This document shows, piece by piece, positions 9,011 to 20,776 of a stretch of 64,000 nucleotides of DNA. The stretch is from an uncultured Clostridia bacterium (lineage in GTDB: Bacteria; Bacillota; Clostridia; Christensenellales; Borkfalkiaceae). The stretch lies in contig CALVHH010000008.1 of the NCBI GenBank assembly GCA_944327465.1, positions 40 through 64,039 on the forward strand, given 5' to 3'. The position numbers were made by a program, and so were the translations under genes. Below the pieces are notes generated by a model. That model made no database searches, had not been told where the DNA came from, and saw only the letters and a list, made by a program, of their open reading frames with translations. How positions within the stretch are numbered: position 1 is the first letter of the stretch; the number at the start of each line of letters is the position of its first letter.

Positions 9011-9568
9011 TTACTGCGCGTTCTGCCCGCTCAGGCTCTTTAAAGTGTCCACGATCAGCTTGGCGAGCGCCGATATTTCACCCGCGCCCACGCTTTCGCC
9101 AACGTATTCGGCTATTATGTCGGCGGTCGCCTCCACGCCGTTGCCGTTCAGGTCGCTTGCCAGCGCCCCTGCAATGCGCTTCGCCGCAGCCGCGGCGTCG
9201 TCCGCCTGCAAATATCCCTCCATCAGCACGCTTATCACTCCCTCGGTGACGGGGGTCTGCTCTCTCTCGCGTATAAACTGCTCGTACAAAACGTACAACA
9301 CCGTAGAGAGCGAACCAATGGTAAATCCCCGTTCGCATACATAGGGCAGGTCGGTCAGAAGATAGCCTATATCAAGGTGCGCCACTGCGGCAAAAACCGC
9401 ATACAGCACGGTGCCTATCACAAACGGCAGAAAGGTGAGTACCTTCTTGTTGCAGTTCTTAAGCACGGTGCGCTTCAAAATCTGCACTATGGTGCAGGTC
9501 ACGCCCGATATCACGGCTATGTCCACGCCGTAAAGGGTCAGGTCGTCCATTATGGTAAAAAAGTCCAT
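9011..9568 (-). CDS. Hypothetical membrane protein (3-4 TM)
   Basis: Start trimmed to ATG 9568 (MDFFTIMDDL...), which has a GGAGGAG SD. The longer ORF to 9811 would run through an A/T microsatellite and the trmB promoter. Confidence 0.5.
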   Translation of the reverse strand: MDFFTIMDDLTLYGVDIAVISGVTCTIVQILKRTVLKNCNKKVLTFLPFVIGTVLYAVFAAVAHLDIGYLLTDLPYVCERGFTIGSLSTVLYVLYEQFIREREQTPVTEGVISVLMEGYLQADDAAAAAKRIAGALASDLNGNGVEATADIIAEYVGESVGAGEISALAKLIVDTLKSLSGQNAQ

Positions 9569-9703
9569 CAATTTCTCCTCCTTAAAGTTCCGCGGACCTC
9601 CCGACGCGCAAAGGAAGCCGACCTTCAGGTGCGGAGTTTTTTTTCGGCTGTACCCGACGCTATATTTAAAAACGCAGCCGCCGCATATCAAACGCTCCGG
9701 CTT

Positions 9704-9736
9704 AAAATAAAAATAAAATAAAAATAAAATAAAAAT
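9704..9736. repeat. A-tract microsatellite, (AAAATAAAAAT) x3
   Basis: Three tandem 11-bp units read directly, in the divergent intergenic region upstream of the trmB promoter. Confidence 0.8.
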
Positions 9737-9761
9737 GTGTCGCGTTTGATTGTATAAATAC

Positions 9762-9791
9762 TTGCACGCAGCCGCCGCGTTATGGTAAAAT
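9762..9791 (+). promoter_or_regulatory. Extended -10 promoter of trmB (leaderless geometry)
   Basis: TTGCAC, 18 nt, TGgTAAAAT. The -10 box ends 6 nt before ATG 9798 and there is no SD. Confidence 0.5.
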
Positions 9792-9797
9792 TTCCCC

Positions 9798-10466
9798 ATG
9801 AGAATGCACAAAAAAAGTCACCTCGAGGAGCGGCTCGCAGCCTGCGGATCCATTCTTACCGTCGCCGACCTCGATGAAAAGGATATGCGGCTCGCCGTCC
9901 TCCGGCGAAAATTATTAAATTACGGCGAAATTTTCGCCTCGCCTTCGCCCGTACATCTCGAAGTCGGGTGCGGCAAGGGCGCATTCGTCAATCAAATGGC
10001 AAAGCTCCGCCCCGACGTCAACTTTATCGCCGTCGAAAAGATATCCAACGTAATGATAGAAGCATGCGAAAGCGCCTTTCGGCAGGGGCTCAAAAACGTG
10101 CACTTTCTTATATGCGCGGCAGAGGTGCTGCCAAAATACATCCCCGAACACTCCGTCGAACGGCTGTATCTCAACTTTTCCAATCCCCTGCCCAAACAGG
10201 GGTTTGTAAAGCAGCGCCTCACCAATCCCAAATTCTTAAAAATCTACAGGCAGCTGCTCGTCCCCGGCGGCACTATCTGGCAAAAGACGGATGACGAGGC
10301 GTTCTTCGACTACTCGCTCGAAAGTTACGCCGCAGAGGGCATGGATATACTCTCCGTCTGCCGCGACCTCGCCGCGCAGCCCTTCGAAGGCAACGTCGTC
10401 ACCGAACACGAGGCAAGGTTCATGGCGGAAGGAAAAAAGATATTCCGCGCCGAGGTGAGGGTATGA
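9798..10466 (+). CDS. trmB: tRNA (guanine46-N7)-methyltransferase
   Basis: 222 aa. SAM-binding LEVGCGKGAF and the NFSNPLPK / KQRL motifs typical of TrmB. Confidence 0.85.
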   Translation: MRMHKKSHLEERLAACGSILTVADLDEKDMRLAVLRRKLLNYGEIFASPSPVHLEVGCGKGAFVNQMAKLRPDVNFIAVEKISNVMIEACESAFRQGLKNVHFLICAAEVLPKYIPEHSVERLYLNFSNPLPKQGFVKQRLTNPKFLKIYRQLLVPGGTIWQKTDDEAFFDYSLESYAAEGMDILSVCRDLAAQPFEGNVVTEHEARFMAEGKKIFRAEVRV

Positions 10467-11290
10467 CGGGCGCACAGATAGCCGTGCTCGTCTGCTCCGT
10501 GGCGGCGGCAATACTGCTTGTTGCGGCATTTTGCCTCTATTCCAACAACAAGCTGGGCGTCAGCCGCTATAAGCTGACCGATCCAAAGATAAGCCGCCCG
10601 TTCAGGATAGTCCATCTCTCCGACCTCCACGCCAAGCGTTTCGGCAAAAACAACTGCCGCCTCGTAAAGCTGGTAAAAAAGTGCAAGCCCGATATAATAG
10701 CCTTTACGGGCGACATAATCCACCTGTACCGCAAGCCCGGCGAAGCGGCGGCTATAGAGTTCGTTGAACAGCTCTCCAAAATAGCTCCCTTTTATTACGT
10801 TTCGGGCAATCACGAAATGCGCTATAAAAACTACCGCGAGTTTTCAAAGAGGCTGACCGATGCCGGGGCGATAATACTTGAAAACGAGTACGTCATAACT
10901 CACGGCGCCGCAATAGTCGGGCTGGGCTGCGCACAGCTCAAAAACAACACGATTTTTCAGGTGACGCCCGATTTCGACATATATAAAATACTCCTCGCCC
11001 ACGAACCGCAGTATTTAAGGCGCTTTGCCCGTGCGGGTTACGACCTCGTTCTCAGCGGACACGCTCACGGCGGACAGTGGCGCATACCGTTCATAGGTCA
11101 GGGGCTGTACGCGCCCGGGCAGGGGCTGCTGCCCGAACTTACGGCGGGCAGGCACTCCATAGGCTCCACCAACATGATAATTTCCCGCGGGCTGGGCAAT
11201 TCCGAATTCCCCCTGCGCATAAACAACCGCCCCGAAGTCGTCGTCATAGACCTCGCGCCCGCTCAGCAGAGCGGGCAGGGCGGCAATTGA
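10463..11290 (+). CDS. Membrane-anchored metallophosphoesterase
   Basis: 275 aa with an N-terminal TM segment. Calcineurin-like motifs: LSDLH, GDIIH, GNHE, LAHEP, SGHAHGGQ. ATGA overlap with trmB. Confidence 0.75.
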   Translation: MTGAQIAVLVCSVAAAILLVAAFCLYSNNKLGVSRYKLTDPKISRPFRIVHLSDLHAKRFGKNNCRLVKLVKKCKPDIIAFTGDIIHLYRKPGEAAAIEFVEQLSKIAPFYYVSGNHEMRYKNYREFSKRLTDAGAIILENEYVITHGAAIVGLGCAQLKNNTIFQVTPDFDIYKILLAHEPQYLRRFARAGYDLVLSGHAHGGQWRIPFIGQGLYAPGQGLLPELTAGRHSIGSTNMIISRGLGNSEFPLRINNRPEVVVIDLAPAQQSGQGGN

Positions 11291-11305
11291 AGCATAAACA
11301 ACAAA

Positions 11306-11343
11306 CCGTGCGGCGGCAGACAAACTTGTCTGCCGCCGCACGG
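11306..11343. terminator. Bidirectional rho-independent terminator
   Basis: 18-bp perfect stem CCGTGCGGCGGCAGACAA / TTGTCTGCCGCCGCACGG, flanked by an A run upstream and a T run downstream. Confidence 0.75.
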
Positions 11344-11371
11344 TCATATATTTTTGTTTTTTGTTTGCGGC

Positions 11372-12310
11372 TCAGTCGATGAGCAGCGCCAGAATGCCCT
11401 TTATGGCGTGCAGCTTGTTTTCCGCCTGCTCCATTACTACCGAAAACTTTCCGTCAATAACGTCGGGCGCAACTTCCACCCCGCGCGATGCGGGCAGCGG
11501 GTGCATGAATATCGCGTCGGTCGAAGCCGCCGACATTATGGAATTGTTCACCTTGTAGGGCTGCATTATATGCATTTCCTCGGCGCCGGGCTTTGTGTGG
11601 TAGCGGTAGCTGTCGGTATATATGATGTCTGCGCCCTTTGCCGCGTAGTAGGGGTCGTCGGTCAGAGTTATCGTGCCGTACTGCTCCGCGCGCAGCACGT
11701 GTTCGCGCTTTATCCTGAATTCGTTGGGGGTAGCCACGGCAACTTCCATGCCGCACTTTACCGCGCCCATTATAAGCGACGCCGCCACGTGCGAACCCTT
11801 GCCTATGTAGGCTATCTTCAGCCCTTCGAGCACCTTTTTGCGCTCCCATATCGTGAACAGGTCGCATATCGTCTGAATGGGGTCGAAGTCGTCGTTTGTA
11901 GAATTGATTATGGGAACGGGCGAAACCGAAACGTAGTCGTCCAGCTCGCTCTGTCTTATGCCGCGGGTGACGAGGGCGCCCACGCCGTAGCGTGCAAGCA
12001 CGGTGACTATGTCCTTTATGTTTTCGCCTGCGCGCATGTCCCGCTCGTTGTAGGGCAGGTCAATGCAGTTGCCGCCGAGCTGGTGTATGCCTATCTCCAG
12101 CGCCGAGCGCGTCCTCAGCGACGTGTCCCCGAACAGCAGCGCAAGCGTCACGTCGCGGAATATCTTGGTATCCTCGTGCGCGATGAACTTGTCCTTCATT
12201 GCCCTTGCGGCATACAGGAACTCGAATATCTCTTCGGCGGAAAAATCTGCCAGTTTGGTCATGTGTCTGTAATTTACGCCGTATCTCGGCGAATAGCGGT
12301 TAATATCCAT
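11372..12310 (-). CDS. Carbamoyltransferase (OTCase/ATCase superfamily), atypical motifs
   Basis: 312 aa. Has SLRTR in place of STRTR, DFDPIQ in place of xFHPTQ, and HPLPASRGVEV in place of HCLPA...EV. No DxxxSMG loop. Confidence 0.7.
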   Translation of the reverse strand: MDINRYSPRYGVNYRHMTKLADFSAEEIFEFLYAARAMKDKFIAHEDTKIFRDVTLALLFGDTSLRTRSALEIGIHQLGGNCIDLPYNERDMRAGENIKDIVTVLARYGVGALVTRGIRQSELDDYVSVSPVPIINSTNDDFDPIQTICDLFTIWERKKVLEGLKIAYIGKGSHVAASLIMGAVKCGMEVAVATPNEFRIKREHVLRAEQYGTITLTDDPYYAAKGADIIYTDSYRYHTKPGAEEMHIMQPYKVNNSIMSAASTDAIFMHPLPASRGVEVAPDVIDGKFSVVMEQAENKLHAIKGILALLID

Positions 12311-12379
12311 AGCGTCTTCCTGAAAATTATTGGGATGCGCACATCCTTACTGAGATTATACCACAACAATTTGTTTAAA

Positions 12380-12973
12380 TCAAGATTTTTTCGAAAATAT
12401 ACAGCCGCAGTAATTCTGGCGGTACAGCCCGTGCTCCTTCGAAAGAATGCAGCTCCTCAGGTATCCGTCGCCCTTTTTAAAGTCGCTCGGCAGCCATTTC
12501 ACGCCGTGTTCTTTAGCGCACTCTTCGCCTATCTCGTTTATCAGCCGCGCATTTTTCAGCGGGCTGACCGTGAGCGTCGTGGCAATATAGTCGTATCCCT
12601 CCTGTGCCGCCGTCCTTGCGGTAAAGTCCAGCCGCAGCTTAAAGCACTTTGCGCACCTCGCGCCGCCCTCCTTTTCGTCCTCGAGCCCTGCAACGGCGGC
12701 GTAAAATTGCTCCTTGCGGTGTTCGCAGTCCAAAAATTTTGCCGTTCCCGTCTCGCCTATAAAGCGTATGAGCTCGTCTTTGCGCCTTAAATATTCTTGC
12801 GTTTCGATGTTCGGGTTGTAAAACAGCGCCGTCACGTCAATCAGCCCTTCAAGTCTTTCCAGGCAGGACGAAGCGCAGGGCGCGCAGCAGGCGTGCAGCA
12901 GCAGTTTTTTGCCGGCGGCACCGCGCTTTTCTATCTCTTCATACATCAGCTTGTTGTAGTCGCGTGCGTTCAT
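12380..12973 (-). CDS. queH: Epoxyqueuosine reductase QueH (DUF208)
   Basis: 197 aa. LLLHACCAPCASS cysteine motif and overall DUF208 pattern (YNPNI..., C-terminal CGC). Confidence 0.8.
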   Translation of the reverse strand: MNARDYNKLMYEEIEKRGAAGKKLLLHACCAPCASSCLERLEGLIDVTALFYNPNIETQEYLRRKDELIRFIGETGTAKFLDCEHRKEQFYAAVAGLEDEKEGGARCAKCFKLRLDFTARTAAQEGYDYIATTLTVSPLKNARLINEIGEECAKEHGVKWLPSDFKKGDGYLRSCILSKEHGLYRQNYCGCIFSKKS

Positions 12974-13049
12974 ATATAAACTTTACCACGCTCCGCCGCG
13001 TTTTTCAAGAAAAAATTATAAAAAATTATAAAAAAGCCTGCAAACCCCT

Positions 13050-13078
13050 TTGTAAAACTAGCCGCAGTGTGGTATTAT
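13050..13078 (+). promoter_or_regulatory. Candidate extended -10 promoter
   Basis: TTGTAA, 17 nt, TGgTATTAT, preceded by A-tract repeats. Confidence 0.45.
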
Positions 13079-13112
13079 TATAGCACTTAAAAAAATGCAA
13101 CGGAGCATATAA

Positions 13113-14324
13113 ATGGCAAATCTCGTTTTGAAGGACGTCAGCAAACTCTATCCTTCGGGCGCTCTGGCGCTGTGCAAAGTCAACCTTGAAGTTTCCGACA
13201 GGGAGTTCATAGCCTTAATAGGCAGCGAAAAGAGCGGCAAAACCACCCTTCTCCGCGTCATCGCCGGGCTCGAAGAAGCCACGGACGGTCAGGTGGTGAT
13301 AGGCGACAAGGATATGACGGGCGTTCCGCCCAAGGACAGGGACGTCGCCATGATATTCCGCAACGATACCCTCTATCCCTCGTTAAACGTCTACGAAAAC
13401 ATCGCCTACGGCTTAAAGATGCGCCATTTCCCCCAGGCGGCGGTCGATGCCCGCGTAAAGGCGGCTGCTGAAATACTCGGGCTCACCGAAGTTCTGAACC
13501 GCAAGCCCAAGACGCTTACTGCCGCGCAGCGCCAGCGCGTCGCCCTCGGCAGGGCGATAGCAAGGGAGCCCAAGCTCTACCTTCTCGACGACCCCATAGC
13601 CGGGCTGGACGACGCCCTCAGGGCGCAGATGCGCAGCCTCATAATCAATCTGCAGGCAAGGGTGGACGGCACGTTCATCTACGCCACCAAGAACGTCAAC
13701 GAAGCCCTTACCATGGCTACCAGGGTGGTCGTCATGCGCGAAGGCGTAGTGCAGCAGGTCGATACCCCCGCCAACCTCTACGATTATCCCGCAAACGCCT
13801 ATGTGGCGCTGCTCGTCGGCTCGCCGGCGATCAATCTCATGTCGGGCGCCACGCTCGAAGAGGAGCAGGGCACGATCTATGCGGTGTGCAACGGCTTGCG
13901 CTTTGCGCTTGCAGAACAGACCGCCGCAAGGCTCATCGATGCGGGCAGCTATGTCGGCACGGGCAAAAAGGTAATAGTGGGCATCCGCCCCGAAGATATC
14001 GTATGGGGCGGCGGCGCCGAGTGCACCGTCACCGCCACCGAAGAGGCGGACGGCAAGCTGTACGCCGAGTGCGGCGCTGGCGGAGCTTCGCTGCTCGCCA
14101 TCGCTCCCCAAGGCACCCAAAAGGGCGACGCCGCACGCATATCCCCCGACGGCGCACACATATATCTCTTCGACGGTCAGACCCGCCTCACGCTGCTCGG
14201 CAGGGACGGCGGCTACGCCGCCACGGGCTTTGCCGATGCCGTGGCAACGCCCATGGCGTACGACGAAGAGGAGGCGCTCAAGACCTCGCTCAAGCCTCAG
14301 CCCGCGCCCAAAAAGAAGAGATGA
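13113..14324 (+). CDS. MalK/MsmX-like ABC ATPase paralog with degenerate catalytic motifs
   Basis: 403 aa, alignable by eye to MalK over the whole NBD plus the C-terminal regulatory domain. Walker A is kept (GSEKSGKTT) but the Q-loop, signature, Walker B Glu and H-loop are all substituted (see finding). Confidence 0.75.
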   Translation: MANLVLKDVSKLYPSGALALCKVNLEVSDREFIALIGSEKSGKTTLLRVIAGLEEATDGQVVIGDKDMTGVPPKDRDVAMIFRNDTLYPSLNVYENIAYGLKMRHFPQAAVDARVKAAAEILGLTEVLNRKPKTLTAAQRQRVALGRAIAREPKLYLLDDPIAGLDDALRAQMRSLIINLQARVDGTFIYATKNVNEALTMATRVVVMREGVVQQVDTPANLYDYPANAYVALLVGSPAINLMSGATLEEEQGTIYAVCNGLRFALAEQTAARLIDAGSYVGTGKKVIVGIRPEDIVWGGGAECTVTATEEADGKLYAECGAGGASLLAIAPQGTQKGDAARISPDGAHIYLFDGQTRLTLLGRDGGYAATGFADAVATPMAYDEEEALKTSLKPQPAPKKKR

Positions 14325-14354
14325 CGGGTCAATATCGATATCATTGCACAAAAG

Positions 14355-14376
14355 AACGCTCCCCCGCGGGGAGCGT
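14355..14376 (+). terminator. Terminator hairpin
   Basis: Palindrome AACGCTCCCCGCGGGGAGCGTT followed by ATATATT. Confidence 0.55.
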
Positions 14377-14446
14377 TATATATTGTGGCGGCACGGCGGC
14401 TGCGCGCCGTATGTAACTTTTGCTCGACGGGCATGCATCGACAGAT

Positions 14447-15310
14447 ATGGAAATTTTTCTCGATAGTCTTTTGGATACCTTAAAGGTATTCCCGCTCATA
14501 TTATTGATCTATATACTCATAGAATTTCTCGAGCACAGAACGTCCTTTTCCGAAAACCACAAGCTTTTGCAGGGCAAAATGGCTCCCCTGCTCGGCACGG
14601 TCACGGGCATAATCCCGCAGTGCGGGTTTTCGGTAATGGCGGCAAAGCTCTACGACAGGGGCTTTATCCGCACGGGCACGCTGCTCGCCGTCTTTCTCGC
14701 CACCAGCGACGAAGCCCTGATAGTGCTCATAGTCGATCCCGTCGGCGCCGCCGCGGTCGCCCCGCTCGTCGCGCTTAAAGTGGTCGTCGGGCTCGCAGTC
14801 GGCTACGCCGTCAATTTTTTGGTCAGGGACGAACTCGCCGTGCCCGCCCCGCCCGAGGATATACACGGCTATTCCTGCGGCAGAGAACACGAAGGCAAGA
14901 GCAAGCTCAAAGTCTACTTTGTAGAACCGCTGCTGCACTCTTTAAAGATAGCGCTGTATATCTTTGTCGTCACGCTTATATTCGGGTATATATTGGAATA
15001 TAACCGCGATGCAATACTTTCGTCGTTCGTCGGCGGTCCGTATATCGAACCGTTCATCACCTCGGCGATAGGGCTAATACCAAACTGCGCGTCGTCCGCC
15101 GTCATTTCGCAGGCGTATTGCGAAGGCGGCATATACTTCGGCAGCATGGCGGCAGGGCTGTGCTGCAACGCCGGGCTCGGCTTTGTGGTGCTCTTAAAAA
15201 ACACAAAAAAAATAAAGCGCAACCTCCTCTTGATGGCGGCGCTGTACGTCGTCTCCGTGCTCGTCGGCGTTGCGGTAAACGCCGTCTGTCTTGCGGCGGG
15301 TTGGATTTAA
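14447..15310 (+). CDS. Polytopic membrane protein, putative metal exporter (ArsP_2-like, tentative)
   Basis: About 287 aa from ATG 14447. Has about 8-10 TM and an IPQCGFS motif reminiscent of the putative 10-TM heavy-metal exporter family. Confidence 0.45.
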   Translation: MEIFLDSLLDTLKVFPLILLIYILIEFLEHRTSFSENHKLLQGKMAPLLGTVTGIIPQCGFSVMAAKLYDRGFIRTGTLLAVFLATSDEALIVLIVDPVGAAAVAPLVALKVVVGLAVGYAVNFLVRDELAVPAPPEDIHGYSCGREHEGKSKLKVYFVEPLLHSLKIALYIFVVTLIFGYILEYNRDAILSSFVGGPYIEPFITSAIGLIPNCASSAVISQAYCEGGIYFGSMAAGLCCNAGLGFVVLLKNTKKIKRNLLLMAALYVVSVLVGVAVNAVCLAAGWI

Positions 15311-15328
15311 TTGTTGTTACAAGTTATA

Positions 15329-15358
15329 AGCGGCGCGGTTGCTTGCAACCGCGCCGCT
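15329..15358 (+). terminator. Rho-independent terminator
   Basis: AGCGGCGCGGTTGC..GCAACCGCGCCGCT palindrome followed by ATTTCTT. Confidence 0.65.
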
Positions 15359-15381
15359 ATTTCTTCGCCCAAAGCCTCCCC

Positions 15382-15560
15382 TTTTTTTATCTGTCATTTC
15401 GACCAAGCCCGCTCTTTTTTTATCTGTCATTTCGACCGAAGGCGTGGCAAGCCACGCCGAAGCGGAGAAATCTGCGTGAATGAAGTTTTGACTGCGTCGA
15501 GGAGATTTCTCGACTGCGGGCTTCGCCCTCCGCTCGAAATGACAGGGTGGGGGAGGGGCG
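15382..15560. repeat. Composite palindromic intergenic repeat (GTCATTTCGAxCG...GAGAAATCT family)
   Basis: Direct copies of TTTTTTTATCTGTCATTTCGACC at 15383 and 15416. An inverted copy CTCGAAATGACAG lies at 15533..15545. Inner inverted GAGAAATCT/AGATTTCTC and the hairpin GCGTGGCAAGCCACGC. Confidence 0.7.
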
Positions 15561-15591
15561 AAAAAATTATTGCAAAACGGGTTGGAAAAAG

Positions 15592-15620
15592 TTGACTTTG
15601 GGGGCGAGGTTTTGTATAAT
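15592..15620 (+). promoter_or_regulatory. Consensus sigma-A promoter of rpsU
   Basis: TTGACT, 17 nt, TGTATAAT (extended -10). Confidence 0.7.
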
Positions 15621-15671
15621 AGTTGAGCATCTGAAAAATAACTGCGTCAGGCGAAGGAGGGTTGAAAAGGC

Positions 15672-15848
15672 ATGTCTACGATAAGAGTCGGCGAAAACGA
15701 GTCGGTCGAAAGCGCGCTCAGAAGATTTAAAAGAAAGTGCTCGCGCGACGGCATAATCGGCGACCTCAGAAAGAAAGAGTTCTACGAATCTCCTTCAGTA
15801 AAGAGGCGCAAGAAGAGCGAAGCTGCAAGAAAGCGCAGCCGCAACTGA
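15672..15848 (+). CDS. rpsU: 30S ribosomal protein S21
   Basis: 58-aa ORF absent from the track (below cutoff): [65 protein letters not shown] upstream. Confidence 0.9.
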   Translation: MSTIRVGENESVESALRRFKRKCSRDGIIGDLRKKEFYESPSVKRRKKSEAARKRSRN

Positions 15849-15862
15849 ATAAAGTAAAAAAT

Positions 15863-15902
15863 ATCCTACTGGCTTATACAAAAGAAGTTCAGTAGGATTT
15901 TT
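15863..15902 (+). terminator. Terminator after rpsU
   Basis: Stem ATCCTACTG / CAGTAGGAT followed by TTTTT. Confidence 0.65.
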
Positions 15903-15976
15903 ACTTTAAAAATTTGTCGCAAAATGTCGGATAACGGCATAAAAATCAGCTTTTCTGCGTGGAGGTGACCAATCAC

Positions 15977-16354
15977 ATGGAAGATATCAAAAGCGCCGCC
16001 CGCCGCGCCAAGCGGCGGCTCAAAACCGGTTACTGGGCAAAATGCAAGCAGTCCGCCGATATTACCGCCAGAAAGGCGCAGGAAAAGGGGCTCAACGAAG
16101 GCAAGGTAAAATCGGGCATATATCAAAAGGTGCGCTCGGATATCCGCGGCGAAAAACCCGATGAATTTTACCTTAAAGTAAAGGAGCTTTTGGATACATA
16201 CGGCGAAGTGTCCGACGCCATAGGCAGGCTGACGGACAGGCAGTATTTCGATTCGCTCACATACGAAGAGCGCGTAAGGTACACCTTGGAACTTTCCGAA
16301 AAGTATTTAAAGGCACTCGAAAGATACCGCAGGGAAAAGGAGACCGAAGTCTGA
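15977..16354 (+). CDS. Hypothetical charged protein
   Basis: 125 aa from ATG 15977, which is preceded by GGAGGTG. Lys/Glu/Arg-rich, no recognisable motif. Confidence 0.5.
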   Translation: MEDIKSAARRAKRRLKTGYWAKCKQSADITARKAQEKGLNEGKVKSGIYQKVRSDIRGEKPDEFYLKVKELLDTYGEVSDAIGRLTDRQYFDSLTYEERVRYTLELSEKYLKALERYRREKETEV

Positions 16355-16357
16355 ATG

Positions 16358-16390
16358 TGCGCCGCCGCGGCAACATGCCGCGGCGGCGCA
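16358..16390 (+). terminator. GC-rich hairpin, probable terminator
   Basis: TGCGCCGCCGCGGCA-ACA-TGCCGCGGCGGCGCA. The downstream T tract is weak. Confidence 0.5.
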
Positions 16391-16409
16391 AATTTATGCC
16401 CGCAGGCTG

Positions 16410-16438
16410 TTGTCAAACGCTTCGGCGTGTGGTATAAT
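16410..16438 (+). promoter_or_regulatory. Promoter of pcrA-ligA
   Basis: TTGTCA, 17 nt, TGgTATAAT. Confidence 0.6.
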
Positions 16439-16469
16439 ATGCGGGTAAAAACATTGCGAAAAAAATATT

Positions 16470-20713
<4,244 letters not shown>

Positions 20714-20776
20714 TTCACCAACTTTGTGATTTATGCAAAACCACATGTATGTCGTTTTGCCTTGAGGAGGAAGATT

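Noticed and set aside
9569-9811. N-terminal extension of the 9011..9811 ORF
   Set aside because: It would read through the A-tract microsatellite and the trmB promoter. The internal ATG 9568 has a strong SD.
11354-12790. 478-aa plus-strand ORF spanning the carbamoyltransferase and queH loci
   Set aside because: It lies antisense to two well-supported genes with clear family motifs. The translation is low-complexity (Arg/Val/His/Ala-rich) with no motif or SD. This is a typical shadow ORF in GC-rich DNA.
13413-14351. 312-aa minus-strand ORF opposite the ABC ATPase gene
   Set aside because: It is antisense to a gene alignable to MalK along its whole length. Shadow ORF.
15391-15437. Possible CRISPR array (two direct copies of CTGTCATTTCGACC spaced 33 bp apart)
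   Set aside because: There are only two direct copies, followed by an inverted copy. There are no further repeat-spacer units and no cas genes. It is better explained as a palindromic REP/MITE-like element.
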